Below are positions 18,162-27,738 of a stretch of 64,000 nucleotides of DNA, piece by piece. Both the position numbers and the translations under genes were made by a program. How positions within the stretch are numbered: position 1 is the stretch's first letter; every line of letters starts with the position of its first letter. Source of the stretch: a virus (taxonomy: Duplodnaviria; Caudoviricetes); the IMG/VR virus record IMGVR_UViG_3300036770_007283, one strand, 5' to 3'. A model generated the notes under the pieces. It ran no database searches and had not been told where the DNA came from. It was given only the letters and a program-made list of their open reading frames with translations.

Positions 18162-18804
18162 AACTCCAGTAACGAGTATTTTCCTGTTCTTGGATTTGGT
18201 CCCAATATATTGATCTTGCGATATAAGAAGGTACTTTATTTCTACTGCAATGATAGACCCAATTGCTCTCCATCTTCTTATAGGCTTCTCGACCTTGCTT
18301 ATTATTATACTTTAGATCTTCTAGGCCATAAAGTCTAAGCTGATGAATATCCCCACAAAGAACGCGAGCATCATTGGGATGGATCATCTCTAGGGCAAAG
18401 CTAACTTTTGCCATACCCAAACCATTGATTTTATCAACAATCTGGTCACGCTTTGTAAGGTGACATTTTTTGCTTGTAAAGTAATAGTCTTTGGTCGAAT
18501 TCCAGAACTGATTCTTAAAGTCCCAAATATAATTTGAACGGTTATTGTATAACCCTGAACCGGAATTTTTTAATTTTTCCAAAAGTAGTTCTTTGCTGTG
18601 AAACCATTCTTCGAAATTTTGAATGGCTTGGTAGCCTTTAATATTACCTTGGAAGGTGGTATGCACGGAACAAAAGGCAAAGAGGTATCTTTTAAAGATT
18701 TCTTCATGGGTCGTTGGTGTAATAGAATCCCAATACTCACAATACCCATCTACCTTGTCTTTTGGAAACTTGTTGAAAAAACTTTTTACCGCCTCTACTT
18801 TCAT
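18148..18804 (-). CDS. HhH-superfamily DNA glycosylase, Ogg2 (8-oxoG)-like
   Basis: HhH INGLGMAKVSFAL followed by CGDIHQLR (cf. IKGIGYKEASHFL...IIDRHILR). Confidence 0.65.
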   Translation of the reverse strand: MKVEAVKSFFNKFPKDKVDGYCEYWDSITPTTHEEIFKRYLFAFCSVHTTFQGNIKGYQAIQNFEEWFHSKELLLEKLKNSGSGLYNNRSNYIWDFKNQFWNSTKDYYFTSKKCHLTKRDQIVDKINGLGMAKVSFALEMIHPNDARVLCGDIHQLRLYGLEDLKYNNKQGREAYKKMESNWVYHCSRNKVPSYIARSIYWDQIQEQENTRYWSFVFE

Positions 18805-18807
18805 GTT

Positions 18808-19059
18808 TTAGACCTCTGGATCTAATGGTAAAGCTTCAGATAATCTACGGGCTTGATTGGCAACGGTTAAATATAACTGGCTAAAATATAAATTATTTTT
18901 GGCCAAAGATTCAAATCTAGTTGACGACAAATCATTATCTTCAATCTTTTTAGAAATCTTTTCATATTCTAATTGATAAATCTTTGCCTGCTCATCAGCC
19001 CATTTGGCTAGAGATAATAAACCGTCACGATTCCCGCGTTGATAATCAGTAAGATTCAT
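18808..19059 (-). CDS. hypothetical protein
   Basis: 83-aa ORF, GAGG RBS. Confidence 0.65.
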   Translation of the reverse strand: MNLTDYQRGNRDGLLSLAKWADEQAKIYQLEYEKISKKIEDNDLSSTRFESLAKNNLYFSQLYLTVANQARRLSEALPLDPEV

Positions 19060-19126
19060 TGTAACCTCATAAAAGCAGAAGGTGTAGCAGCCTAAACCAC
19101 CACACCTTTAGAATATAATTTTAGAA

Positions 19127-19717
19127 TCAAAATCCGATAATATATCCGCGTTCTCGAAGTTTGCCCTCAGCAAAAGATTTAACATCACCTTCTGCACGTT
19201 GCCCATGATGAACAAAGGGGGTGTCAATTTGGTATTCACCGGCAACAATAACCCGCCACTTAGGAGAGCCCTTGATAATCTGGGCTACCTCATCCCCAAA
19301 GATAGTGGTAAGTCTAAAGCCACTAATGTGGGTAGTGCTGGTGGCTACTTTTACAAACTCTTTTGGTGACTGCCCTGGTGGAACGGGAACTTCATTAACT
19401 GGATTACCATCAGTTCCAATAGGCTCCCAAGGCTTTGTAATCTTACCCAGCACTTGGATTAAAGATAGAGCTTGCGAAGGCTGTGTTCTTAGTTCTTCAA
19501 CAAGTTGAGTGATGATTGATGGTGTTGAACTAGTAACCTCTGGATAATCAAAAATTTGATGTGTAGGGATTACTGGTTCTACTTCAATAGAAAGGGCACC
19601 CATCTCAATAGGTGTTTTTTCAATCTCTTCTGCTGTGCTCATATAAGTCTCCTGTCTTGATACTTTTTGACCTTTTTGTTTTTTTGAAAATTTAACTTCA
19701 TCTGTGCTTTCTTCCAT
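19127..19717 (-). CDS. hypothetical protein
   Basis: Start trimmed to MEESTDE (GAGGT RBS). Confidence 0.65.
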   Translation of the reverse strand: MEESTDEVKFSKKQKGQKVSRQETYMSTAEEIEKTPIEMGALSIEVEPVIPTHQIFDYPEVTSSTPSIITQLVEELRTQPSQALSLIQVLGKITKPWEPIGTDGNPVNEVPVPPGQSPKEFVKVATSTTHISGFRLTTIFGDEVAQIIKGSPKWRVIVAGEYQIDTPFVHHGQRAEGDVKSFAEGKLRERGYIIGF

Positions 19718-19724
19718 GTTTACC

Positions 19725-20387
19725 TCACTTAATTTTAGTGCTAGCTTTCTTGATTGTATTCGTGCTGCCGTGAACTTCAAACATTACTGTTTTACTTCGT
19801 GTATGATCATTTACCTTGCACAAAGTACAGGTATTGCAAGTTATATCTTGCTTGCCGGGAACATCATGTCTGGCAGGACAAAGATATGCCATTTCACCAT
19901 TAGAAAGCTTCTTTGACTTTGGTGAGTTAGGCGGAACAATCAATGTAGTTGCCCACCCCATACCCCTAGCCTCAGAAACTTCTTCTTCTGTTTGACAAGA
20001 AGCACGAAACCATTTCTTTAAAGGCTGCGAAGCTTCTTCCTTCCAAGTGTGGGTATAGCCAATATTGATTAGGCCAGCTTCCACTACCTCATCACATTCT
20101 TTTAGTGTTTGTTCTACATCACCGACGACATCACCAGCAATACGATGCCGTACAATTCGACAACTATTTAATCTTTCAGAAACTGCTTCCTTAAGTGAGG
20201 CATATTTGATTGCACCACGCTCCAACTTGCCACCCAAGATATTAATGTAAAATAGTCCCCAGGCGTAGCAACCACCTGTCTTTAGGGTGCAACTATCTGG
20301 ACAAGTACTTTTAGGCGAGTAAGAAGCTACTACCATTCCTGTCTTCTTATCTTTTGACCTTGGAACCCAATGCACTTTTCTTGTCAT
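19725..20387 (-). CDS. Cys-rich conserved phage protein (gp88-like, possible Fe-S)
   Basis: TCPDSC...GCYA, RHRIAGD, CPA...TCNTCTLC, FEVHG. Confidence 0.75.
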   Translation of the reverse strand: MTRKVHWVPRSKDKKTGMVVASYSPKSTCPDSCTLKTGGCYAWGLFYINILGGKLERGAIKYASLKEAVSERLNSCRIVRHRIAGDVVGDVEQTLKECDEVVEAGLINIGYTHTWKEEASQPLKKWFRASCQTEEEVSEARGMGWATTLIVPPNSPKSKKLSNGEMAYLCPARHDVPGKQDITCNTCTLCKVNDHTRSKTVMFEVHGSTNTIKKASTKIK

Positions 20388-20388
20388 A

Positions 20389-20604
20389 TTAATCCTCAAC
20401 AAATTTATCAATTTCTTCACACCAGACTAAATAAAGTTTGCCTTTATACTTCAAGTGATATAGGTTTTTGTCTGTAAAGACAACGGATTCAAATCCAACA
20501 ACCTCCATAGGCTTTGGAACTAAATCCCAAAGCGAGTCTATTAAATCTGGTTCGTTCTTAAGGAATTCTTTCCAAGAACGATATTTTAAAATTACTTTTG
20601 CCAC
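20389..20604 (-). CDS. hypothetical protein
   Basis: 71-aa ORF. Confidence 0.6.
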   Translation of the reverse strand: MAKVILKYRSWKEFLKNEPDLIDSLWDLVPKPMEVVGFESVVFTDKNLYHLKYKGKLYLVWCEEIDKFVED

Positions 20605-20637
20605 TATTATTATTTAACATAAGGATTGGGGGTAATC

Positions 20638-21102
20638 ATGGGACAATACTTTGATACATATTTTTCACCAAATGGTGGTGCTGCTGATTATATAGTTAAA
20701 TTTATAGATAAAACATCAGCGACCTTAGATATCGCAGTTTATAGTCTAACCCATGATTTAATTTCAGATGCCATTATTAGAGCGCAAAAACGTGGTGTTA
20801 AGATTAGATTTTTAACGGACGATTTGCAATCTAAAGGTGGCGGTTCTGATGATGAAAAATTAGAAGCAGCAGGTGTTTTGGTTAGAAGAGATACGCAATC
20901 TGGACTTATGCATCATAAGTTTGTGATTAGCGATCAAAATGCTTTAGGTCTAGGTAGTTTTAATTGGTCTATTAACGCTGACAAACGCAATATGGAAAAC
21001 TGGAATGTTTGCAGAATTAAGTATGTAATAGAAGACTACCAGAAAGAATTTGAGAAGATTTGGGACTTAAACAAACCTAAAGCCGCCCCACCAACTATAT
21101 AG
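20638..21102 (+). CDS. phospholipase D-family (single HKD) nuclease
   Basis: YFSP, LDIAVYSLT, MHHKFVISD, GSFNWS...N.EN. Confidence 0.93.
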   Translation: MGQYFDTYFSPNGGAADYIVKFIDKTSATLDIAVYSLTHDLISDAIIRAQKRGVKIRFLTDDLQSKGGGSDDEKLEAAGVLVRRDTQSGLMHHKFVISDQNALGLGSFNWSINADKRNMENWNVCRIKYVIEDYQKEFEKIWDLNKPKAAPPTI

Positions 21103-21123
21103 CTGTAGCAATCCAAATATTAA

Positions 21124-21489
21124 TCAGTTTTTCTTGATCTTGTCTGAAAGAATATCTAGGTGAAAAAGTAAACTTTCTACTTTGGCCGGATCACAAAGAT
21201 CAAATATTTGGTCTAAATCCCAAGTGGAATTGGGGACAATCTTTCCTTCTAAATTTTTCTTGGTAGAAAGGTGGTATCCAAACCATTGCGTTTCAAAAGA
21301 CCCATCATCTAGCTTATTGATAAAGCAACCATAAATGGTTCCATCTAAAATATAAGCTTGAATACCAACTTCTTTTAATCTAGATACTAGGTTGTTATTA
21401 GGATGCCAAAACAACTCCCAATCCTGCCTAGATAATCCAGAAATACTAATATAATCGTCGTTTACTTTAGAAGTTTGGATTGTATCCAA
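21124..21489 (-). CDS. C-terminal-motif paralogue family member (divergent)
   Basis: Ends LDQIFDLCDPAKVESLLFHLDIL. Confidence 0.7.
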   Translation of the reverse strand: MDTIQTSKVNDDYISISGLSRQDWELFWHPNNNLVSRLKEVGIQAYILDGTIYGCFINKLDDGSFETQWFGYHLSTKKNLEGKIVPNSTWDLDQIFDLCDPAKVESLLFHLDILSDKIKKN

Positions 21490-21613
21490 AATCGGACTCC
21501 TGATGTTGCAAATAGAAATACTATTTGCTTGTAGTATACTCTTTTTGTATTTTTACTACAAAACTTTAAGAACCCTATAATAATTCTAAAGTAATTTTCA
21601 GATATTATTAGTT

Positions 21614-22897
21614 TTAAAACCCAACAAAGCTCTTTGACTTTTCTTTAATATTTTGATTAATCAAAATATCATCGTCTAAGCTCTCTTTTAAAGAATAGAT
21701 TTCTGCTAATGAGTACTGAGTTTTGTTATCATTAATCTCTACACCAATATTTTTGGCAAGCTTTTTAGCATCTTCCCTGTCTAGGGGGCCGAATTCATAT
21801 TTGGAAATCAGCCTTCCTTTTCTAAGCAGAGCTTCGTCAATACAATTGATTTCAGTATTAAAAGTTAAAATAACTTGAATATTAAAAATATCATTTAGAA
21901 TACCATCTGTAATATTTAGAAGTGTAGAAACAACGGCACTTCTAAATCCGCCATTGGAATCTCGCTTAGAGATAATAGACTCTGCATCCTCAATAATAAA
22001 AACAGATTGTTCGTCGCCAAAAGTTTCAACCATAAAGGAGTTAAAGTCTGGTGACTCTAGGCTCTCTAAAACATGCTTGGGAATAAGGACTACTCTTTTA
22101 CCTAGCTCTACCAGCTTAGGAATAATACTTCTAATGTAGTAGGTCTTACCAGTTCCAGGCAGGCCATGAAACATAACAATGCCCTTGCTTCGACTAGCGA
22201 TTCTGTTGATTAGTTTGTTGTGATAATTTTCAAACCCTTCGCCATAATGAAGATCTAAATCGTAAAGCCCTGGATGTTCTAAGTCCACATTTCTTAGAAA
22301 TAGTCCGGTGGGTGATGTAGCAATCATATCAATATGAGAAGCAGACTTAGTATGCTTAAGATAAGTGATAGTCTTTAGATTATTAACAAGTTGACTTACA
22401 ACTGTGTTAGAAGTCTTATAAATTATTGAAACATCAAAGCAAGATAAAATAGTTCCCTGAAAAGTTTCATCATCAGAAATATTGGAGTATTCGCTGGCTG
22501 GAGCGTATTCAATCTGACCTAGAGAAATAAAGATGGACTCATCACCAATCTTTAAAAGAAGCACACACCCAATTGGCAAACCACCCATAGTATGGTTTGA
22601 CATAAGATGATATACAACACCACTTTCTTTTAGGATCTTAATAAATGAATTTAGCTTGACAGGCTGAAAGAATAAAACAGATGGTGAAGAACCAAAATAT
22701 TTTTCAGCACCCAACTTAACCCAATCAGAAAATGAACACTCAACCACACTATGGTTAAAATAATCAACATCCAAGTTCTGGATACCATAGTGATTGTCCA
22801 AGAATAAGAATGGTGAATTAATCTTATCAAATACACTTACTTCGGCGGCATCTCTGTTGCGCTTGGACACCTTCACACCTCGTAATAATCTAGGCAT
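21614..22897 (-). CDS. AAA+ ATPase (BCS1-like)
   Basis: Walker A GLPGTGKT, Walker B FIIEDAE, LLNITDG, IDEALLRKGR. Confidence 0.93.
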   Translation of the reverse strand: MPRLLRGVKVSKRNRDAAEVSVFDKINSPFLFLDNHYGIQNLDVDYFNHSVVECSFSDWVKLGAEKYFGSSPSVLFFQPVKLNSFIKILKESGVVYHLMSNHTMGGLPIGCVLLLKIGDESIFISLGQIEYAPASEYSNISDDETFQGTILSCFDVSIIYKTSNTVVSQLVNNLKTITYLKHTKSASHIDMIATSPTGLFLRNVDLEHPGLYDLDLHYGEGFENYHNKLINRIASRSKGIVMFHGLPGTGKTYYIRSIIPKLVELGKRVVLIPKHVLESLESPDFNSFMVETFGDEQSVFIIEDAESIISKRDSNGGFRSAVVSTLLNITDGILNDIFNIQVILTFNTEINCIDEALLRKGRLISKYEFGPLDREDAKKLAKNIGVEINDNKTQYSLAEIYSLKESLDDDILINQNIKEKSKSFVGF

Positions 22898-24347
22898 CTT
22901 TTACCTTCCTTGTTGGAAATAAAATTACATCACGAATACTAGACTTATTTGTTAATAACATTACTAATCTATCAATTCCAATTCCTTGACCAGCAGTAGG
23001 AGGCATACCGTAAGACAAGGCTCTAATGTAGTCTTGATCAAAATACATAGCCTCATCATCACCATTAGACTTTCTAACAGACTGTAAGTTGAACCTTTCT
23101 GCTTGGTCTACTGGATCGTTTAATTCTGAAAAACCATTGGCAATTTCAAAACCATTGATAAATAACTCAAAACGATCTGTAAGTCTTGGATCATCATCAT
23201 TCCTTCTAGCTAAGGGGCTTAGTTCTGCTGGATATAGAGTAATAAAAGTTGGATTAATTAGATTTGGTTCAACAAAAAGATCAAAGACCTTTTGTTGCAA
23301 ATCACCCAAACTTCCTTCCAGATTGGCAAAACCTTTTTGATTTAGGAATGAAATAATCGAATCTTGTGACCAAGGATCTTGAACACCAGCCTCAATTAAG
23401 GATTGACAAAATGGCAAAGTGGTCCAGCTAGAAAAATCAATACACCTATCTTCATAGGTTAGATTTAAGGAGCCATTAATTTCAAGGACCAGATCATTGA
23501 TAAGTGATGTAGTAAAAGAAATTAAGTCTTGATAAGTAGCGTGGGCTTGATAAAACTCCACCATTGTAAATTCTGGATTATGCTTCTGTGAGATTCCTTC
23601 GTTTCTAAAATTCTTTCCAATCTCAAAGACTCTCTCGAATCCGCCTACGATTAACCTTTTTAGATAAAGCTCTGGAGCAATACGCATATAAAGCTCTGTA
23701 TCAAGAGCATTATGGTGCGTTTGAAATGGTTTTGCAGTTGCCCCGCCCGGAATTGTTTGAAGAATTGGTGTTTCTACTTCAACAAAACTATGATCTTCTA
23801 GGTAGTGACGGATAAACTTGATAATTTTAAAACGTAGCTCAAATGTCTTTCGTGAGTCTTGATTTACAATTAGATCAAGATATCGCATTCTATGTCTTGT
23901 TTCGATATCTGTTAGGCCAGCAACCTTATCCGGCATACCTTGCATACACTTTGAATAAAGAGAAAGCTCCTTACATTCAAAGGTTAATTCTCCGGTTCTG
24001 GTTCGCGTAAAAAAACCTGTTACAAAAATCCAATCGCCCACATCAACCTTCTTCCAGGCATGAAAAGATTCAGCAGTTACCAGATTCTTTTTTACAGATA
24101 GCTGGATTGACTCACCAGAAACATCTGCTCGGGCAAAGCCAAGATTTCCCATTTCATTTTTAAATCTAACTCTTGCAGCAAAAGTAAAAATACCATCTGC
24201 CTCCAAGGTTAGAATAGACTCTTCACGAATTGATCTAATCTGTTCTGCAATATCTTCACAGACCTTCTTTCCAGATGGATATGGATTAATTCCCGATGCT
24301 CTTAACTCTTGGAGCTTCTTTAATTGAGCAGAATCAAATTCAAACAT
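22890..24347 (-). CDS. lysS: lysyl-tRNA synthetase, class II
   Basis: OB domain; RMRYLDLI, FVEVETPILQ, YMRIAPELYLKRL, FRNEGIS..HNPEFT, YGMPPTAGQGIGIDRL. Confidence 0.98.
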   Translation of the reverse strand: MFEFDSAQLKKLQELRASGINPYPSGKKVCEDIAEQIRSIREESILTLEADGIFTFAARVRFKNEMGNLGFARADVSGESIQLSVKKNLVTAESFHAWKKVDVGDWIFVTGFFTRTRTGELTFECKELSLYSKCMQGMPDKVAGLTDIETRHRMRYLDLIVNQDSRKTFELRFKIIKFIRHYLEDHSFVEVETPILQTIPGGATAKPFQTHHNALDTELYMRIAPELYLKRLIVGGFERVFEIGKNFRNEGISQKHNPEFTMVEFYQAHATYQDLISFTTSLINDLVLEINGSLNLTYEDRCIDFSSWTTLPFCQSLIEAGVQDPWSQDSIISFLNQKGFANLEGSLGDLQQKVFDLFVEPNLINPTFITLYPAELSPLARRNDDDPRLTDRFELFINGFEIANGFSELNDPVDQAERFNLQSVRKSNGDDEAMYFDQDYIRALSYGMPPTAGQGIGIDRLVMLLTNKSSIRDVILFPTRKVKDA

Positions 24348-24349
24348 CT

Positions 24350-24706
24350 TTACCCCAATACAAGTTCAAGTTCGACAATAATAAAACAGATGGCATCTTT
24401 ATCCATAAGAGTTCGACCATCTAAGATTTCTTGAATTGCTGTTTCCCTAATATTTTTGATTGTGGAAACAATCTCCAAAACCTCAGTTTTATTGCAAAGG
24501 TTGTTGTTTAAAAGATTATAGTATTCTTTGTGTTTTTTGAGGAATTGGCTTCTGTAGGCGGAAGTATCTGAAGATTTCTCGCAATCTTCAATTACCTTTT
24601 TCCACCTATCATATAAAGATTGAAGGCGACTCAAAACTGAATCGCCTTTTAATTTTGTTTTAGATCTAAAATTATCAAGGTAACTATCAATTTCAACGAA
24701 GTGCAT
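24350..24706 (-). CDS. hypothetical protein
   Basis: 118-aa ORF. Confidence 0.65.
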   Translation of the reverse strand: MHFVEIDSYLDNFRSKTKLKGDSVLSRLQSLYDRWKKVIEDCEKSSDTSAYRSQFLKKHKEYYNLLNNNLCNKTEVLEIVSTIKNIRETAIQEILDGRTLMDKDAICFIIVELELVLG

Positions 24707-24768
24707 TTACCCCTCTGCTTTAGTATAGCAGATACTATTTTAAAATTAAACTATTTTTAGAGCTACCC

Positions 24769-25290
24769 TTATTTTAGTAATCCTGGGTTTTCTTTAACCA
24801 GCAGCTTATATTTATTTTTGGTTAGCTTGCCAGCTTTGGAATAAAGAGTTACACCGTCTAGATGCTCCATTTCGTGCAAAATAATTCTGGCTTGCCAATC
24901 TTCAAATTCCTGCTCAGTGACTTCTCCAGACAAAGTTTGGTAAGAAACCTTGATGCTAAGGGGTCTTTCTACCTGAACCTTTAGGCTTGGAAAAGAAAGA
25001 CATTGTTCTTCGGCCTTTACAGTTTCTTCAGATGTGCTAAGCAATCTTGGATTAATCATTTTAAGCAATTCATTACCATATTGTTTATTGACGCAGTAAC
25101 CAATATCAGCTACCAAAACCCGAATAGATAATCCGACTTGTGGTGCCGCCAAGCCTACGCCACGGGAAGCATACATTGTTACGGCCATATCTGATAAGGT
25201 TTTATCTAGTTCTGGACCAAACTCTTCTGGTGTAACTTCACGGCACAAGGTGGATAGTGATTTGTCTTTATATTTTTTAATTTGAAACAT
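24769..25290 (-). CDS. def: peptide deformylase
   Basis: GVGLAAPQVG, EQCLS, HEMEHLDG. Confidence 0.97.
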   Translation of the reverse strand: MFQIKKYKDKSLSTLCREVTPEEFGPELDKTLSDMAVTMYASRGVGLAAPQVGLSIRVLVADIGYCVNKQYGNELLKMINPRLLSTSEETVKAEEQCLSFPSLKVQVERPLSIKVSYQTLSGEVTEQEFEDWQARIILHEMEHLDGVTLYSKAGKLTKNKYKLLVKENPGLLK

Positions 25291-25303
25291 TTAAAATCCT
25301 ATT

Positions 25304-25642
25304 TTATGATTCTTTCTTCTTTGACTTCTTGGTTTCAACCACTTCGGGAGGTAATGGCTCTGGCTTGGGGGCAGGAGGTGACATAACTTGCTGTAAAGCT
25401 TGTGCTTGTTGGGCGGTCTGCTGAACAGTTTGCTGTACAGACTGTTGAGCGGCCTGTTGTAGTTTTAAAACCTCCGCCTCATATTTTCTTAGGTCAACAA
25501 CACTGTCTGCCAAATGCTTTAGCCAACCGATTCTAGTCATGTGAGTTTCGTAATTAGTTTCTTGCTGCTTAATTAGCTGCTCCAAAGATTTTAGCATAGT
25601 AATACTTTTATTGTACCTTTCTTCAATTTCTTGTGGACTCAT
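25304..25642 (-). CDS. coiled-coil Q/P-rich hypothetical protein
   Basis: 112-aa ORF with RBS. Confidence 0.7.
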   Translation of the reverse strand: MSPQEIEERYNKSITMLKSLEQLIKQQETNYETHMTRIGWLKHLADSVVDLRKYEAEVLKLQQAAQQSVQQTVQQTAQQAQALQQVMSPPAPKPEPLPPEVVETKKSKKKES

Positions 25643-25705
25643 TTTTTCTCCTTTTGTTAAGATAACATACTAATTTATATTAGTAAAGTCAAGGGGTGTT
25701 CTTCG

Positions 25706-26083
25706 ATGCCAAAAATAACGAGATTTTTTAATGATATAAGTATTACCACATCTGGAATTGAAATATTAGATATTTTAAGTGGTATTAAAAATATACACAA
25801 TGGAATAATAGAACAAATTATTATACAAAGAAAATCTGGTTCCGCAACATTAATGAATGTAGAAATTAGATATGAAGCTGGGTACTCAGGTCGTGAAAAA
25901 TTAATTTACTTATTTGAGGATGCAGAACTCCCAACATTCGTAGATAGTGATATCCATGCGCCATTCAGCTTATCTAGCAGAAAAGAAAACGACGGTGATA
26001 TTCATCTTTATATTTTACCAGATGCTAATTGTACCGTCAGTATCAGGCTGGATATAAATCTAGAAGATAAGCTGGGAATTTAG
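25706..26083 (+). CDS. hypothetical protein (possible virion protein)
   Basis: Isolated + strand 125-aa ORF. Confidence 0.7.
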   Translation: MPKITRFFNDISITTSGIEILDILSGIKNIHNGIIEQIIIQRKSGSATLMNVEIRYEAGYSGREKLIYLFEDAELPTFVDSDIHAPFSLSSRKENDGDIHLYILPDANCTVSIRLDINLEDKLGI

Positions 26084-26352
26084 TACAGTTCTTCAAAGCG
26101 TAAGGCTAGGGCTTTAGCTTCGTAATAGTAATAAACTGCAGACTTACCGTTTTCCAGCTTACATTCTACCAGGGTGGGTTGTGTAGTTCTGTTATTGCAG
26201 GGAGATATTATTTTGGTCACAATACCTAGTGATTCTGATACCCTATTTTTTACTAAGTCATAATCTATATCATAACTGGCAAAATCTATAGAATACTTGG
26301 ATGCTTTCAAAATAACAGCCACGCCAATCTCAAAAGGCTCTATGGAATGCAT
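26080..26352 (-). CDS. hypothetical protein
   Basis: 90-aa ORF, GGAGG RBS. Confidence 0.65.
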   Translation of the reverse strand: MHSIEPFEIGVAVILKASKYSIDFASYDIDYDLVKNRVSESLGIVTKIISPCNNRTTQPTLVECKLENGKSAVYYYYEAKALALRFEELY

Positions 26353-26368
26353 AATACCTCCGAAACTA

Positions 26369-26677
26369 TTATTCTGGTTCTAGATCAATGTTTTTAAATA
26401 CAGGTTCTTTTATTTCATCTTTATAGTAGCAGTTTTTACATGAATATCCTGCATAATGCACGGGCCACTCATTAGGGCTAATTCCTTCAGAGACTTTTAA
26501 GGCAGAAAAATGAAAGTCTTTTTTGCAATCGGGGCATTTACCAAAAGAATTAAATGGAAAAATAGAATCTTTTATTTTAAAGTATAATTCTTTTTTGGTT
26601 TCTGAGCATTTATATATCTTAGGATTTTCACCTACTTTCTTTGCTCTTTTCATGGCCATATCTTTCCAATCAATCAT
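26369..26677 (-). CDS. Cys-rich hypothetical protein
   Basis: CPDC...CKNC. Confidence 0.65.
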   Translation of the reverse strand: MIDWKDMAMKRAKKVGENPKIYKCSETKKELYFKIKDSIFPFNSFGKCPDCKKDFHFSALKVSEGISPNEWPVHYAGYSCKNCYYKDEIKEPVFKNIDLEPE

Positions 26678-26876
26678 GACTGCCCCCTCCTCTTATTTTA
26701 TTTATAACAACAAAAGCAATTAGCGAAGTTAAACTAGCTGACATTATAGTAAAAAAAGCACTTTGATCAAAGGTAAATCCAATAATAAATGTTAGCCCCC
26801 AAACAAACTTCCAGTCCGATAAAAGATTGTAAACCAAAAGTTTAAAATCAACTTTGTCATCTATAAACTTTTTCAT
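26670..26876 (-). CDS. small membrane protein (2 TM)
   Basis: Two hydrophobic segments; GGAGG RBS. Confidence 0.6.
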   Translation of the reverse strand: MKKFIDDKVDFKLLVYNLLSDWKFVWGLTFIIGFTFDQSAFFTIMSASLTSLIAFVVINKIRGGGSHD

Positions 26877-26884
26877 ACTACCTC

Positions 26885-27556
26885 CTAAGGTAACTGTTCT
26901 ATAATACTCCAAGGTTCTGTAATACAAATATCAATAATGATTTGACTTACTAAGTGATAAGATTCAGCAGCATCCGCACAAGAAGTAACTTGTGGTGATA
27001 ACTCCCTTGGACCTACTATACTGGCAGCAATAAAAGTACTGCCCCATAAATTTTGAAAATCTTGTGCAGATATATTAGACTGTTCGCTTTCATCAGAAAC
27101 AAAAATAATTAAAGTTTGTGCTTCCGTTCTGAACCAATCACCATGAATTGTCTTGGCAGTAAGTGCTGATGAAAATCCTTCTTCTAAGCCACCAGCATTA
27201 GTTCTTAAAAGATCAATCAAGGATATAATCTCCCAACCCAAATCTGGCAAGCTAGAATCTAATTCTAAGAATAAACCATCAGTAGGATCCATGCTGATTA
27301 AAGATAATTTCCAATCAATACTTTTGTCGTCTAACTCTTGCGGAACTTTGGTTAGACCATAAGAAATAAAGCTCCAATCTTCCAACATAGAACAGCTATT
27401 ATCTAACACCAACAATACATCAAGCTTCGATGATTCTTGCAAAACATCAGTATCATGCTTTATATTTGGAATTTCGCGTAATTCATTCTCAGAATTACAT
27501 GACGCAACAATAACAAATAGTGTCAGCATAAATATATACTTAATATATTTTAGCAT
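26885..27556 (-). CDS. lipoprotein with vWA-like domain
   Basis: Lipobox VASC; LDVLLVLDNSCSM (DxSxS-like), IIFVSDE. Confidence 0.75.
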   Translation of the reverse strand: MLKYIKYIFMLTLFVIVASCNSENELREIPNIKHDTDVLQESSKLDVLLVLDNSCSMLEDWSFISYGLTKVPQELDDKSIDWKLSLISMDPTDGLFLELDSSLPDLGWEIISLIDLLRTNAGGLEEGFSSALTAKTIHGDWFRTEAQTLIIFVSDESEQSNISAQDFQNLWGSTFIAASIVGPRELSPQVTSCADAAESYHLVSQIIIDICITEPWSIIEQLP

Positions 27557-27738
27557 TTTCCCTCTCTATGTTTTAGATGTTACCTCGCTTTAAATTAACT
27601 ATTTTAGAATGGGGTGTTGAATTTAGAGACTAAAGCTATTATTTAAAATAGTAGATTATTATATCATAAAGTATTATACAATTAATTTTAATAAAATAGT
27701 TGCTAATTTTAGATAGTAAATTGTCATTGGAGATTATT

